A stretch of DNA of 64,000 nucleotides, from positions 46,846-110,845 of the forward strand of contig NZ_QKOE01000005.1 in assembly GCF_003226565.1 (NCBI RefSeq). Direction: 5' to 3'. The notes under the pieces were generated by a model. The model had not been told where the DNA came from, did not search any database, and worked only from the letters and a program-made list of their open reading frames with translations. Positions 28,601 to 36,195 of the stretch are shown here, in pieces. Numbering within the stretch: the stretch's first letter is position 1; every line of letters starts with the position of its first letter. The stretch comes from Parazoarcus communis SWub3 = DSM 12120 (GTDB taxonomy: Bacteria; Pseudomonadota; Gammaproteobacteria; Burkholderiales; Rhodocyclaceae). Position numbers and translations under genes: made by a program.

Positions 28601-30878
28601 CGTACACCGCTTCGCGCTTGCTTGCGATGTCGGCGAGAAAAGCATCATGGTCGGCAAAGCGGCCTTCGAGTTCTTCGAGTTGTGCGAGCAGGCGGGTCAG
28701 TGCTTCGTCGCACTTCTCCGGGGTGTCGGCCAGTTCGAGCGCATTTTCGACGGCTTGTCCGAACAGTTTGAACTGGGCACCGAACTCGGCTGCGGCCTCG
28801 GTTGCGCCAAGGGAACGTCTGCGGTTGCGGCCTTCGGCACGCAGACGGTTGATTTCGGCATACACCGAGGAGATGCCGTCGAGGATGCGGGTGCGTACCA
28901 CGGCGTCGCCGCCAGGCAGGTTGCCAAGCTGCTCGGTCAATAAGTCGAGCCCGGCCGCGGTCTGGTCTAGTTCGCCGAGCAGGGCGGCAATGTCCTCGCT
29001 GGTGGTGGCGTTTGGCAGTGCGGCGCTCAGCCGGGCAATGTCGCGGTGATGGCGGTCGAAGGCGTGCTCGTCGGCGAGAAAGCGCAGCGCGCGTTCGCCG
29101 ACACTGGTCTGTGCGGCAGCGGCCTCGTCGTCCATTTCCGCAATCTGCGGCAGGTCGGCATAGCGCAGGGCCTTGAGCATCTGCAGCCGGCCACGCTGTT
29201 CGCGCAGGCGGCCCAGGGCCTGGACGAAATCGTCTGGCTGCTGCCATAGCATGCTGGCAATATCGGTGAGCAGCGCACGCTGCTGGGCTTGGGCGTCGGC
29301 CAGTGCGCGGGCGGTGTCGCGACGGATGCTTTCGACCTTTTCAAACTCGTCCAGCGTGCTGCGCGCACCGTCGGCAATGGCCTTGACGTCGGCCGCCAGA
29401 CCGACGGCTTCGGTGGCGTCCAGCCAGAAATAGCTGTCAGCGACTCGCCCGCATTGGCGAATGATTTCTTCGTAGGCGCTGCGGGTGGGGGCCTGCTCGC
29501 TGACCGCGCGGGCGATGGACGACAGTTCGGAGATACCCCTGACCAACTCGGCATTGCCGATACGGCCGAAGAAACCTTGTGCAACCCGGGTGGCTGCATG
29601 TTCGTCGCTGGCAAAGGGGGTCTGCCACAGCTGCATCGGATGGTTGCGCGTGGGCTCGTTGTCTTCCGCCTGGAAGACCAGCATCCGCCCATCCTCGAAG
29701 CGGGCATAGCCGTTGCAGACGATGGGGGTGCCGAGCGTTTTTTCGATCAGGTTGTAGGAGAACAGCGCATAGTGGCCAACGCCCGGGCGGTAGAACACGT
29801 AGAGCACGTCTTCGCCATTGGGGGCTCGCAGCATGCGCTTGAAGCGCAATTCACCGACCATCTCGGCAGGCATGTCGAAGCGCTTGTATTCGCCTGACTG
29901 AAGGTAATAGCCACCCGGGAAGATGATGCCGTGGTCTTCCGGCAGCTGCATGCAGGAGCGGCCGATGGCGTCGATGCGAACGACTTTCTGCACCCGGGTG
30001 TTATAGACCAGGTAGCGCTCATCCTTTTCGCGATAGGGGCGTATCCGCAGCAGGATCAGCGAACCCAGGCGGGCAAAGGCGATGTCGGCATCGGCCAGCG
30101 CCTGATTGCGATCTTCCACCGGTTCGCTGTAGATGCCCAGCCCCGACTCGGTGTTGTTCTCGATCTTGACGGTCAGGTCGCCGCCGACGGTCTCGACGAA
30201 AATGGTGTCGAGAATATTGATGTGAGGGTGCTTGCCACCAATGTGATCTGCCCGCGAGGCCACCGTCCACTCAAAGTCGTGCGTCGGTGGCAGCGCAATG
30301 TCGCGCTCGCCGCGGTTGTCGATGTAGTGAATCGTGCCGTCGTTTTCCACCGCCCAGCGGAATACCCGCAGGTCGTGCAGTTGCTGGCCGATCTGGAAGG
30401 CTGCAAGCAGTTTGTGCTGGTGCACCCGCAGCTGGATCAGGCTGGCTTGCTTGTAATAGGCGTACAGTTCGCGAAAGTCGGCGACGAACCGTGGGTCGTC
30501 CAGAAAACTGCCGGCCAGCGGGAGGGCTTCGAGTTCGTCGGCCCCGTCCTGTTCGGACAGGCGGTAGAGCGCAAACACATCGCTGACTGCGGTTTCCTTG
30601 CGCAGCCCGATGAAGACGTTGAAGCCAAACAGCAGGTGTTCGCCGATACGAACAATGTCGCGCGCGTTGCAGTTGTTTTCGGTGCGCGCGCGGGTGCGTA
30701 GCAGCAGTTGCTGTTCGGCGCGACCAAACTCAGCAATCCTCGCGTCATTGAGCGCACGGATCTTGCCCTGCAGGCTGGCCCCCTGTTCGGCCAGCCGCCG
30801 TTTCAGCAGCTCGTAGCTACCGCTGTCTGCGACCAGGGCTTCGGTGGCGTCAGGCGGGGTGGAAGTCTTGTCGGACAT
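25653..30878 (-). CDS. Large 1741-aa multidomain protein: N-terminal ~430 aa beta-rich region of unknown fold, ~850 aa alpha-helical/coiled-coil body, C-terminal AAA+ ATPase domain (Walker A GYGKTT at aa 1301-1306, Walker B VMLYLDDIQH, sensor-1 AVVMAGNPY) and a ~180-aa helical tail. Proteins of this kind are often generically labelled DNA repair ATPase.
   Basis: One continuous ORF with codon usage typical of this genome. The ATPase block LLLISPPGYGKTTLMEYIADRLGMIFVRINCP aligns to classic AAA modules such as p97 D1 ([31 protein letters not shown]). Co-operonic with flotillin upstream and alkB downstream. Confidence 0.8.
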   Translation of the reverse strand: MSDKTSTPPDATEALVADSGSYELLKRRLAEQGASLQGKIRALNDARIAEFGRAEQQLLLRTRARTENNCNARDIVRIGEHLLFGFNVFIGLRKETAVSDVFALYRLSEQDGADELEALPLAGSFLDDPRFVADFRELYAYYKQASLIQLRVHQHKLLAAFQIGQQLHDLRVFRWAVENDGTIHYIDNRGERDIALPPTHDFEWTVASRADHIGGKHPHINILDTIFVETVGGDLTVKIENNTESGLGIYSEPVEDRNQALADADIAFARLGSLILLRIRPYREKDERYLVYNTRVQKVVRIDAIGRSCMQLPEDHGIIFPGGYYLQSGEYKRFDMPAEMVGELRFKRMLRAPNGEDVLYVFYRPGVGHYALFSYNLIEKTLGTPIVCNGYARFEDGRMLVFQAEDNEPTRNHPMQLWQTPFASDEHAATRVAQGFFGRIGNAELVRGISELSSIARAVSEQAPTRSAYEEIIRQCGRVADSYFWLDATEAVGLAADVKAIADGARSTLDEFEKVESIRRDTARALADAQAQQRALLTDIASMLWQQPDDFVQALGRLREQRGRLQMLKALRYADLPQIAEMDDEAAAAQTSVGERALRFLADEHAFDRHHRDIARLSAALPNATTSEDIAALLGELDQTAAGLDLLTEQLGNLPGGDAVVRTRILDGISSVYAEINRLRAEGRNRRRSLGATEAAAEFGAQFKLFGQAVENALELADTPEKCDEALTRLLAQLEELEGRFADHDAFLADIASKREAVYEAVSARRQSLLDARQRRSQALTEAAGRIVDGIARRVAQLREIEQVHSYFAADALITKLRKQIADLRAIGAAVAADDLDTRLRTAHDQAIRAVRDRRELVAEDGNTLRFGRHAFTVNRQVLDLTLLPRNGEMWFHLTGTDYYAPVADDRLAALRPWWDSPLPSESDQLYRGEYLAASVLEAIEHNRGPLSWQALQTCCAEGPDGLPQLLEALRRFAADRYHEGYQKGVHDQDAARLLQALASMQADAGLLVYGPEARALALLHWSHQAFDSERESLLRRARAATRMVELFDAADSLAQLERETTEALSRFAPKFGFHAKGDTAGQVATEGARYLVRQLAVPRGGEAWVISGAGADLADDLLRRLEQRGELADWQRDLAAAPPEERWQLARAWVSAFCHGQTAATAWIADAATRIALDIERVRVNADLDRRVDGLLGEHPLIVDGALQLNLNELRLRYLQHREQFVPAFEQLQALRLEIVANEKKRLQLDQFQAKPLSSFVRNRLIDEVYLPIVGDNLSKQIGTAGEGSRSDRMGLLLLISPPGYGKTTLMEYIADRLGMIFVRINCPALGHDITALDPASASHSAARQELLKLNLGLAMGNNVMLYLDDIQHTNPEFLQKFIALADGTRRIEAVVNGEPVTCDLRGKRFAVVMAGNPYTESGDVFKIPDMLANRADIYNLGDVLSGREALFGLSYIENCLTANPVLQPLASRDPKDVHLLVRMAEGEEVAASTFSHGYSGAELNELTALLRRLFRARDLLLKVNLAYIESAAQQDAYRTEPPFKLQGSYRNMTKLAGRINASMRDAELDALLRDHYRGEAQTLTTGAEENLLKLSALLGSQTEDESARWQAIREEFIRRRKLGGDEADGSTRIAATLLDIARAVDNLNATLPSGAAVRAGLDAMSASLDKLQPRIEVGAPDTSGFTAALREMQEVYDKVLTPLVTATYRKMRMDHAMWEDMKRIGNLLQRMEGHLPGKEPASR

Positions 30879-30947
30879 GGGTTTCCGTGGGGTTCAGTTG
30901 GCCGGGCGCGGCACGGGGGCGGGCACGATGTCCCGCCCACTGTTCGA

Positions 30948-33053
30948 TCAGGATTTGCGCAGGCTGTCGAGCAGGGTATTCAAGGCGGCGCGCTGGGTGT
31001 CGTCGCCGTCGCGCATGACCTTGCCCAGCAGGGCGGCAACCGAAAGGTTCTGCAACTCACCAGCAGAGCTGCCCAGGGCGCCGATGATGCCGCGCAGGTC
31101 ACCGACCATATCGCGCTGACCGTCGAGATGATCCTTGAGACCAATCTGAAGGGTGTTGCTCTTGGCAATGGCGCCGTCGATGCCCTTGCCGACCGAGAGC
31201 GCATTGACGAAGCGCTCGAAGTAGTCGCCCTGGCCACCAACGATGTCGATGCGTGCATTGGCCAGTGCGGTGCCCAGCACGTCGGCTTGTTCGCGGGCGA
31301 TACCCGTCTGTGCGTCGATGGCTTTCAGGGTCTCGATGTGGGCGTTCTCGAGACGCATGCGGAACTCCTCGTGCGCCCGGGTCTCCTCGCTCATGGCCTT
31401 CATGGCTTCGAACTTTTCCGCCAGGCCACGTGCTTCGGCCTGGAAGCGGGCCGCGATGACTTCCGCTTCGGCGCGGCCGGCCTTCACGGTGGCGTCGGCA
31501 TCGGCGGAGCGAACCTGGACGTCGGCCAGGCCCAGCTTTTCCTTGCCCAGTGCCTCGGCTTCCATGCGTGCCTGAAGGGCGTCGGCCTCGGCATGGCCGT
31601 ACTTGGTCACGGCTTCGGCTTCGGCGATCTTGACCTTGGCGTCGACCAGGCCTTGTTTTTCCTTGGCGTCGGCACTGACCAGCAGCACTTTTGCTTCGGC
31701 CAGGCCTGGGGCGGCGGTGATTGCCTCGATGCCTTCGGCTTCACGCTTCTTGGCCTCTGCTTCCTTTTCCGAGACCTTCAGCCGTGCTTCGGCCAGGGTG
31801 AGCTCTTCTGCGGCACGGTGACGGGCGCGGCGTTCCTGTGCTTCGGCGGCCTTGACCTCCATGATCATCTTTTCCTCGGCCTGACCTTCGGCAAGGATGA
31901 CGGTGGATTTCTTGGTGCGATCAGCATCGGCGACCACACGCAGTTCCTTGATGGCTTCTTCCTGTTCGGCCACGGTACGTTCGACCACGATGCGTTCGCG
32001 GATGACGTCGGCAATCGCCTTCTTCTGCACTTCGACGGCGCGTTCCTTGTCGATCTGTTGCAGGGTGACTTCCTTCTCGCGATCGACGATTTCGAGTTCG
32101 CGGGCGCGGGTGACCTTTTCTTCCTCGATGGCAACCGCACGCTTGCGGTTGTTTTCGGCCACTTCGCGTTCCCGTTGCACGTTTTCCTGCTGCACGGTGA
32201 TGGACTGCTCGGCCTGCAGCCGGGCCAGTTCGGCCTTGGTGTGTTCCTCGGCGCGGATGCGGGCCGTTTCGGCCTCTTCGCGCGCCCGGACCGAGGCAAT
32301 CTCGCGCTGCTGACGGGCTTCTGCGTCGGCTTGCTGACGTTCGAGCTCCAGCAGGGTTTCGCGGGTCTCGACGTCCTTCTTCTTGATCTGCATTTCCTCG
32401 TTGCGGCGCAACTCGTTGGTGCGCACGCTTTCGGTGGCCGTCAGCTCGGTGATCTTCTTGATCCCCTGGGCGTCGAGGATGTTGCTGGGATCAAGCCGCG
32501 ACAGCGGCGTCTGTTCGAGGTAGTCGATCGCCGCGTCTTCGAGCACGTAGCCAGAAAGGTCGTCGCCGATCTGGCGGATGATCTCGTCGCGGAAACGGTC
32601 GCGCGCCTGGTAGAGCTCGACGAAATCCATCGCCTTGCCGACGGTCTTGAGCGCCTCTGAGAACTTGGCCGAGAACAGCTCTTCAAGCGTCTCGTGGTTG
32701 GATGCCCGCTCGCAGCCGATACCCTGCGCCACCTTGAGCACGTCTTCGGCAGTCTTGTTGACCCGCACGAAGAACTTGACCTTGATGTCGGCCCGGATGT
32801 TGTCCTGGCAGATCAGCCCCTCATTGCCCGTGCGGTCGATTTCCACCGTCTTGAGGGCAATATCCATCATCTCGGCCTTGTGGATGATGGGGTACACCAT
32901 GCGCCCGGTGAAGGTCACCTCCGGTTCGCTGCGCAAGGTATTGACGATCATCGCGTAACCCTGTTCCACCTTCTTGTAGAACTTGGCGAACATCGCGAAC
33001 AAGCCGAACAGCAGGAAGGCCAGGATGCCGACGGCAATCAGGATGGGTTCCAT
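30948..33053 (-). CDS. yqiK: Flotillin-family SPFH/Band-7 protein (YqiK-like), 701 aa with a long C-terminal coiled-coil extension
   Basis: N-terminal TM segment, an SPFH domain, and an extended EA/KR-rich flotillin repeat region. Confidence 0.85.
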   Translation of the reverse strand: MEPILIAVGILAFLLFGLFAMFAKFYKKVEQGYAMIVNTLRSEPEVTFTGRMVYPIIHKAEMMDIALKTVEIDRTGNEGLICQDNIRADIKVKFFVRVNKTAEDVLKVAQGIGCERASNHETLEELFSAKFSEALKTVGKAMDFVELYQARDRFRDEIIRQIGDDLSGYVLEDAAIDYLEQTPLSRLDPSNILDAQGIKKITELTATESVRTNELRRNEEMQIKKKDVETRETLLELERQQADAEARQQREIASVRAREEAETARIRAEEHTKAELARLQAEQSITVQQENVQREREVAENNRKRAVAIEEEKVTRARELEIVDREKEVTLQQIDKERAVEVQKKAIADVIRERIVVERTVAEQEEAIKELRVVADADRTKKSTVILAEGQAEEKMIMEVKAAEAQERRARHRAAEELTLAEARLKVSEKEAEAKKREAEGIEAITAAPGLAEAKVLLVSADAKEKQGLVDAKVKIAEAEAVTKYGHAEADALQARMEAEALGKEKLGLADVQVRSADADATVKAGRAEAEVIAARFQAEARGLAEKFEAMKAMSEETRAHEEFRMRLENAHIETLKAIDAQTGIAREQADVLGTALANARIDIVGGQGDYFERFVNALSVGKGIDGAIAKSNTLQIGLKDHLDGQRDMVGDLRGIIGALGSSAGELQNLSVAALLGKVMRDGDDTQRAALNTLLDSLRKS

Positions 33054-33116
33054 GTAATCCCCTTCAGGTCATTGCCGGTGGTGCCGGCGGGTCGATGGTG
33101 ATGCGTGATGTTGTGT

Positions 33117-33734
33117 TCAGTCCGCAGCCTGCACGCGGTAGCGCGCATTGGCGGGGTCGTAGTCGATGACGATGGCGCTGGCGCCGCGGGTGAGGGTGTT
33201 GGGTGTGTCCGCAACCACACGGATGTTGTACGTGCTGCCACGGCTATCCACCTCGGCACGGCCGAAGCGTTCGTCGACGCTGTTGGTCAGGATGCGGCAG
33301 CGTTGGCCGACGAGTTCGGCGTTGGTGGTGGCGCCGTGAGTGACGAAGAGGCGGCGCATTGGGCGTACCGCGCGGGCTGCAATCGGCAGCGCCAGGGCAA
33401 AGGCGCCAAGCAGTACCGCGGTGCCGGCGGCGAGACGAAGCGGGACCGTGGGTACCAGTGGCAGCAGCCACAGTGCGGCCAGGCTGCATAAGGTCCAGGC
33501 GATCAGGGTCAGCAGACTGACGACGACCGAAAACGGTACCCCGCCCAGCCCAAAGGCCACCAGGTAGCTGGCAAGGGTGCCAATGTCGCCTACATCGCCG
33601 TCGAGTTCGAGGCCGCCATGTTCGAAGTCGACCAGACCGAACATCGCCAGGAGCCAGTAACACAGTACGATACCGAGCAAGGTGCTGTAGATCGCGGTCG
33701 GGTAGGCAAAGGCGACTGCGGCGAAACTGCTCAT
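33117..33734 (-). CDS. yqiJ: YqiJ/NfeD-like membrane protein (DUF1449; TM helices plus C-terminal OB-fold), the usual partner of flotillin
   Basis: Four TM helices followed by a C-terminal beta domain (RILTNSVDERFGRAEVDSRGSTYNIRVV). Directly upstream of the flotillin gene. Confidence 0.7.
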   Translation of the reverse strand: MSSFAAVAFAYPTAIYSTLLGIVLCYWLLAMFGLVDFEHGGLELDGDVGDIGTLASYLVAFGLGGVPFSVVVSLLTLIAWTLCSLAALWLLPLVPTVPLRLAAGTAVLLGAFALALPIAARAVRPMRRLFVTHGATTNAELVGQRCRILTNSVDERFGRAEVDSRGSTYNIRVVADTPNTLTRGASAIVIDYDPANARYRVQAAD

Positions 33735-33777
33735 GAACGCTCCCTCGTGCGTCGGATGCCGCAATATGCGGCGGGGT

Positions 33778-34107
33778 TCAGGGCCGTGCCAGGCCTTCGG
33801 CGAACTGGATCAGTTCGCGCGTGACCCGCTCCTTGATCGCCAGGCGGTCATTTGCATCCAGGCCAAAGCGCTGCGCCAGGGCGTTGTAGTCGGCCTGGGT
33901 CAGCGAGACGGTCAGGCGCGGACGCTTGGGGCGGTGATTGACCTGCAGACCAAGAACCTTGCGGATCTGGTCCGAGGTGGACAGGTTGCCTTCGAATGCC
34001 GCGCGGCGCACCGCCTCCAGTACGGTGGCCTCGACATCGAAAGCCACCTGTACGGCCCGGATGGCTTCATCCGAGCCTTGCCAGCGTGGCGGCTTGACGG
34101 CGCTCAT
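33778..34107 (-). CDS. Small soluble protein with two tandem ribbon-helix-helix-like repeats (candidate single-chain RHH DNA-binding regulator)
   Basis: Two roughly 45-aa repeats, each a beta-strand (RAVQVAFDV / RLTVSLTQ) followed by two helices. ATGA overlap with the upstream pspA-like gene. No TM helix. Confidence 0.4.
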   Translation of the reverse strand: MSAVKPPRWQGSDEAIRAVQVAFDVEATVLEAVRRAAFEGNLSTSDQIRKVLGLQVNHRPKRPRLTVSLTQADYNALAQRFGLDANDRLAIKERVTRELIQFAEGLARP

Positions 34108-34808
34108 TGGCCTTCAGCGTCGGTCTTGCGTGCGCGGATGCGCTCCATCACCCGGCGCGCACGCTCGGCGTCGCCGCCAATGCCTGCTTCGGCCAGCTTG
34201 ATTTCCAGCGCCCGGGTGCCGGTTTCCTTGTCCAGCGATTCTGCCGCCGCCATGCGGTCGGCCAGCTCTTCATGCCGGCGCTTGATGCGGTCGAGCGACT
34301 CACGCGCATTGAGCAGCTTCGAGCCACTCGCCCCGATGTTGTCGGAGATCGAACGCGTGGCCTTGTAGACACTCTCGGTGGTGCGGGCGATGGCGACTTC
34401 GCGTTCGTGCTCGCGGACCTTGGCTTCGGCGCTCTTGATCAGGTCTTTAAGTTTGCCAACCTGCAAGGCGTAGTCGGCATGCACGCGCGATTGCTCTTCG
34501 AGTTGCTGCTCGGTTTCTGCAATCTTTACGGCGACCTCTTCGGCCAGTGCCTCCTTGCCCTTGCCGAGGGCTTCTAGCGCCAGGTCTTCCAGCCGCAGGG
34601 CTTCCGCGCGGATGCGCTCGATCTCGCGGGCGCTTTGCATTTCCTTGGCCATGACACCGGTCAGTTCGCTCTTTGCCTTCAGGATGGCATTGCGGGCGTC
34701 GATGATTTCCTGCTCGTAGATGCGTGTCGCGTTGGCATCGACCACGCTCTCACCCAGTTCCCGTGCGCTGCCGCGCAGCAGGGTCAGCATCTTTCCGATC
34801 ACGCTCAT
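34104..34808 (-). CDS. PspA/IM30/Vipp1 family protein (YjfJ-like; ESCRT-III fold)
   Basis: 234 aa, coiled-coil, sequence resembles PspA/YjfJ. 11 bp downstream of the DUF2170 gene. Confidence 0.8.
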   Translation of the reverse strand: MSVIGKMLTLLRGSARELGESVVDANATRIYEQEIIDARNAILKAKSELTGVMAKEMQSAREIERIRAEALRLEDLALEALGKGKEALAEEVAVKIAETEQQLEEQSRVHADYALQVGKLKDLIKSAEAKVREHEREVAIARTTESVYKATRSISDNIGASGSKLLNARESLDRIKRRHEELADRMAAAESLDKETGTRALEIKLAEAGIGGDAERARRVMERIRARKTDAEGQ

Positions 34809-34819
34809 GTTCGGCTCCT

Positions 34820-35236
34820 TCAGTTCAGGTAGTGGGCAAGCGCATCGAGGGCATCGAGTGCGTTGTCGCTCAGGGCTGCCACATCGTGGGCGATGTCTTC
34901 GACCCGGGCATCGGCGGCGAGGGCGCCGAACAGCACATAGTGCTCATTGACCCGCCCAAACGAAGACAGCGGAATGGACGGATTGAGGTCGAGCAGGGCT
35001 TCGAGCAACTCGGTACGCGTTTCGCCGCGGACTTCGGCTTCGGTCCACAGGTAGCAGATGCAAAGCGTCTGCGCCTCTGAGGCGGTAATGAAGATGGGTA
35101 GTTCCTCGCGCCCACCGATGACCACCTGGATGACCGGCACCGAACCGGGGATCGGCTGCAGGCTGATCGACGCACCGCCGAGGCGGGCCGTCAGCATGAC
35201 ATCGAGTCCGGCGATCTGCTCTTGTAGCGATTTCAT
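34820..35236 (-). CDS. YjfI-like DUF2170 protein, first gene of the operon
   Basis: 138 aa. A GAGGGGG RBS precedes the ATG at 35236. The YjfI-YjfJ (DUF2170-PspA) pairing is the same as in the E. coli yjfIJ operon. Confidence 0.6.
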   Translation of the reverse strand: MKSLQEQIAGLDVMLTARLGGASISLQPIPGSVPVIQVVIGGREELPIFITASEAQTLCICYLWTEAEVRGETRTELLEALLDLNPSIPLSSFGRVNEHYVLFGALAADARVEDIAHDVAALSDNALDALDALAHYLN

Positions 35237-35278
35237 CCTTTCCCCCTCTTAATGTTTAGGTCGATTGACGACACTGCC

Positions 35279-35307
35279 AATCTAGATGTTGTGACATAAA
35301 ATGTCAA
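35279..35307 (-). promoter_or_regulatory. Sigma-70-type promoter for the yjfI-pspA-flotillin-ATPase-alkB operon: -35 TTGACA, 17-bp spacer, -10 TAGATT
   Basis: Read on the minus strand: TTGACA (35307..35302), 17 nt, TAGATT (35284..35279). It lies about 45 nt upstream of the ATG, and the -35 element is embedded in the palindrome. Confidence 0.55.
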
Positions 35308-35320
35308 GACATTTTATGTC
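35293..35320. promoter_or_regulatory. 28-bp nested perfect palindrome GACATAAAATGTC-AA-GACATTTTATGTC; candidate operator overlapping the -35 element
   Basis: Two perfect 13-bp inverted arms, each internally palindromic (GACAT-AAA-ATGTC). AT-rich, in the 384-bp divergent intergenic region. Confidence 0.55.
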
Positions 35321-35619
35321 CAATTGCTTCCAGCTGAAGCGTGAGCGCATGCGCGACGGATTATGCCTTCGTCTTTGGGATTTGCGCTATGAGAAGTGGA
35401 TGAAGCCGACAGGCTGCATGCACCTGCATAGACGCAATGTCGCGCTTTGACGGGATGGTGTGCTGTGCCAGCAAGCCATGCTCTCCCATGACGATCCATC
35501 CTGCGGGCTTCTAGGTCGGGAGGTGGTCGTGATTTGTGGCGTGAATCATGATGCCTTGCCGCACATGCCAAAGCCGATTAGGCTTGAACAGGGCGCTGAC
35601 ACGGGAAGGAGCACGGGTG

Positions 35620-36183
35620 ATGGGTGAAGCTTTGGAATCCGGTTTGTTGAACCGCAAGGCTTACCTTGAGTGGGAAGCCGGACAGGTGGAAAAACACGAA
35701 TATGTGGCTGGCGAGGTGTTCGCGATGGTTGGTGCGCGGCGGGAACACGTGCTGGTCGCAGGGGGGCTGTACGCGAGGTTGAGAGCGCAACTGAAGGGGA
35801 CGCGCTGCCAGGTTTTTGTCTCTGACATGAAGCTCTTCGTTGCGGAAGCTGACGCCTACTTTTATCCAGACGTGATGGTCAGTTGCGACGAAGGTGACCG
35901 CCGTGCCGAGCTGGCAATCGAGCATCCTTGCCTGGTGGTGGAGGTATTGTCCGAGGGTACGGCGGAATACGATCGAGGGGCAAAGTTCGCGGCCTATCGC
36001 AAACTACCGGCCTTGAGCGAGTACCTGCTGGTTGATATCGGAGCCCGTCGCCTGGAGCTGTTCCGGCGTCAGGCTGATGGCTGGTTGATGACCGAGTCTG
36101 TGGCGGGCATGCCGCCGTTGCAATTGCGTAGCGTGGATTGCACGCTGTCTGTCGACGAGGCCTTTGAAGACCTCGTCGATTGA
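35620..36183 (+). CDS. Uma2-family endonuclease (DUF820, PD-(D/E)xK-like putative restriction endonuclease)
   Basis: 188 aa. GGAGG RBS. The motifs PDVMV...ELAIEHPCLVVEVLSEGTAEYDRGAKFAAY match the Uma2 family. Confidence 0.65.
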   Translation: MGEALESGLLNRKAYLEWEAGQVEKHEYVAGEVFAMVGARREHVLVAGGLYARLRAQLKGTRCQVFVSDMKLFVAEADAYFYPDVMVSCDEGDRRAELAIEHPCLVVEVLSEGTAEYDRGAKFAAYRKLPALSEYLLVDIGARRLELFRRQADGWLMTESVAGMPPLQLRSVDCTLSVDEAFEDLVD

Positions 36184-36195
36184 AGCCCGCCAGCG

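Noticed and set aside
30708-32660. 650-aa plus-strand ORF spanning the flotillin gene and the 5' end of the giant ATPase gene
   Set aside because: It is antisense to two well-supported genes. Its composition (Gly/Ala/Leu/Phe repeats) mirrors the EA/KR-rich flotillin coiled coil on the opposite strand.
35237-35400. Possible sigma-54/PspF-type promoter upstream of the pspA-like operon, as in E. coli pspA
   Set aside because: The closest candidate, TGGCAGTGTCGTCAAT, lacks the -12 GC at the required spacing. A near-consensus sigma-70 promoter is present instead.
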